NCBI RefSeq assembly: GCF_006345805.1
Contig: NC_043020.1
Span: 14,694,001 to 14,758,000 of the forward strand
Direction of reading: 5' to 3'
Length of the DNA stretch: 64,000 bases
DNA from: Octopus sinensis
Lineage: Eukaryota
Shown: positions 63,620 to 64,000 of the stretch, piece after piece
How the letters are laid out: the number at the start of each line of letters is the position of its first letter
How positions within the stretch are numbered: the stretch's first letter is position 1
Made by a program: the position numbers and the translations under genes
The notes under the pieces: model-generated
What the model was told of the DNA's origin: nothing
Seen by the model: the letters and a program-made list of their open reading frames with translations, nothing else
Database searches by the model: none

Positions 63620-63816
63620 TCATGGCTGTTAAAAGGATCTTCTTTGAAAAGCCTTTTCCAACTTTACAACAACATCATGAAAGTTTTAATTATATATCAT
63701 TATGAGCAATTAAAAAAATGTGATACTGACTTTGTAGAAATGTGGTTTACTTAGCTGATATTCATGACAAGATAAGCAACCTGAATTTGTTAATGCAAAG
63801 AAATAATTTTAATCTA
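63620..63816 (+). pseudogene. hAT (Charlie/Buster-type) transposase fragment
   Basis: WLLKGSSLKSLFQLY and YLADIHDKISNLNLLMQ resemble the RWLS.G..L.R...L and YL.DIF.KLN.LNL.LQ motifs. Confidence 0.5.
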
Positions 63817-64000
63817 AGTAGCTGTGATACCAGTGCCGGTGGCACATAAGAGAACCATCCAAACGTGGCCGTTGCCAGCCTCGCCTGGCCTCCATGCCGG
63901 TGGCACGTAAAAACCACCATCCGATCGTGGCCGTTGCCATCCTCTCCTGGCACCTGTGCCGGTGGCATGTAAAAAGCACCCACTACACTCATGGAGTGGT

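Overview
This is AT-rich eukaryotic DNA packed with microsatellites and repeats. The tRNA-derived SINEs, RTE and CR1 LINEs and dense (TA)n/(CA)n/(TATG)n tracts resemble Octopus; that assignment is from pattern recognition only. I can support one host coding exon: the first coding exon (N-terminus to mid-TM3) of a class A peptide-type GPCR on the minus strand (26954-26558). It has a splice acceptor just upstream, which implies a distant non-coding exon 1, and a TATA/Inr promoter candidate lies about 28 kb upstream at 55393-55423. The rest is probably intronic or intergenic: about 20 copies of one tRNA-SINE, at least 20 RTE 3' ends, CR1 ends, Tc1/mariner/maT and hAT relics, piggyBac-type MITEs, two Helitrons and a solo LTR. 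Main hidden signals: (i) about ten minimal hammerhead-ribozyme motifs from several Penelope-like element families, with palindromic (dimer-type) stem III, non-canonical cores and one inverted pair; (ii) a 2.65-kb higher-order satellite with about 48 AP-1 sites next to the candidate promoter; (iii) an 18-bp minisatellite expanded about 50-fold from six codons of a DD37D transposase. Nearly all ORFs in the supplied track are microsatellite or repeat artefacts. All coordinates were counted by hand, and repeat boundaries may be off by a few bases.
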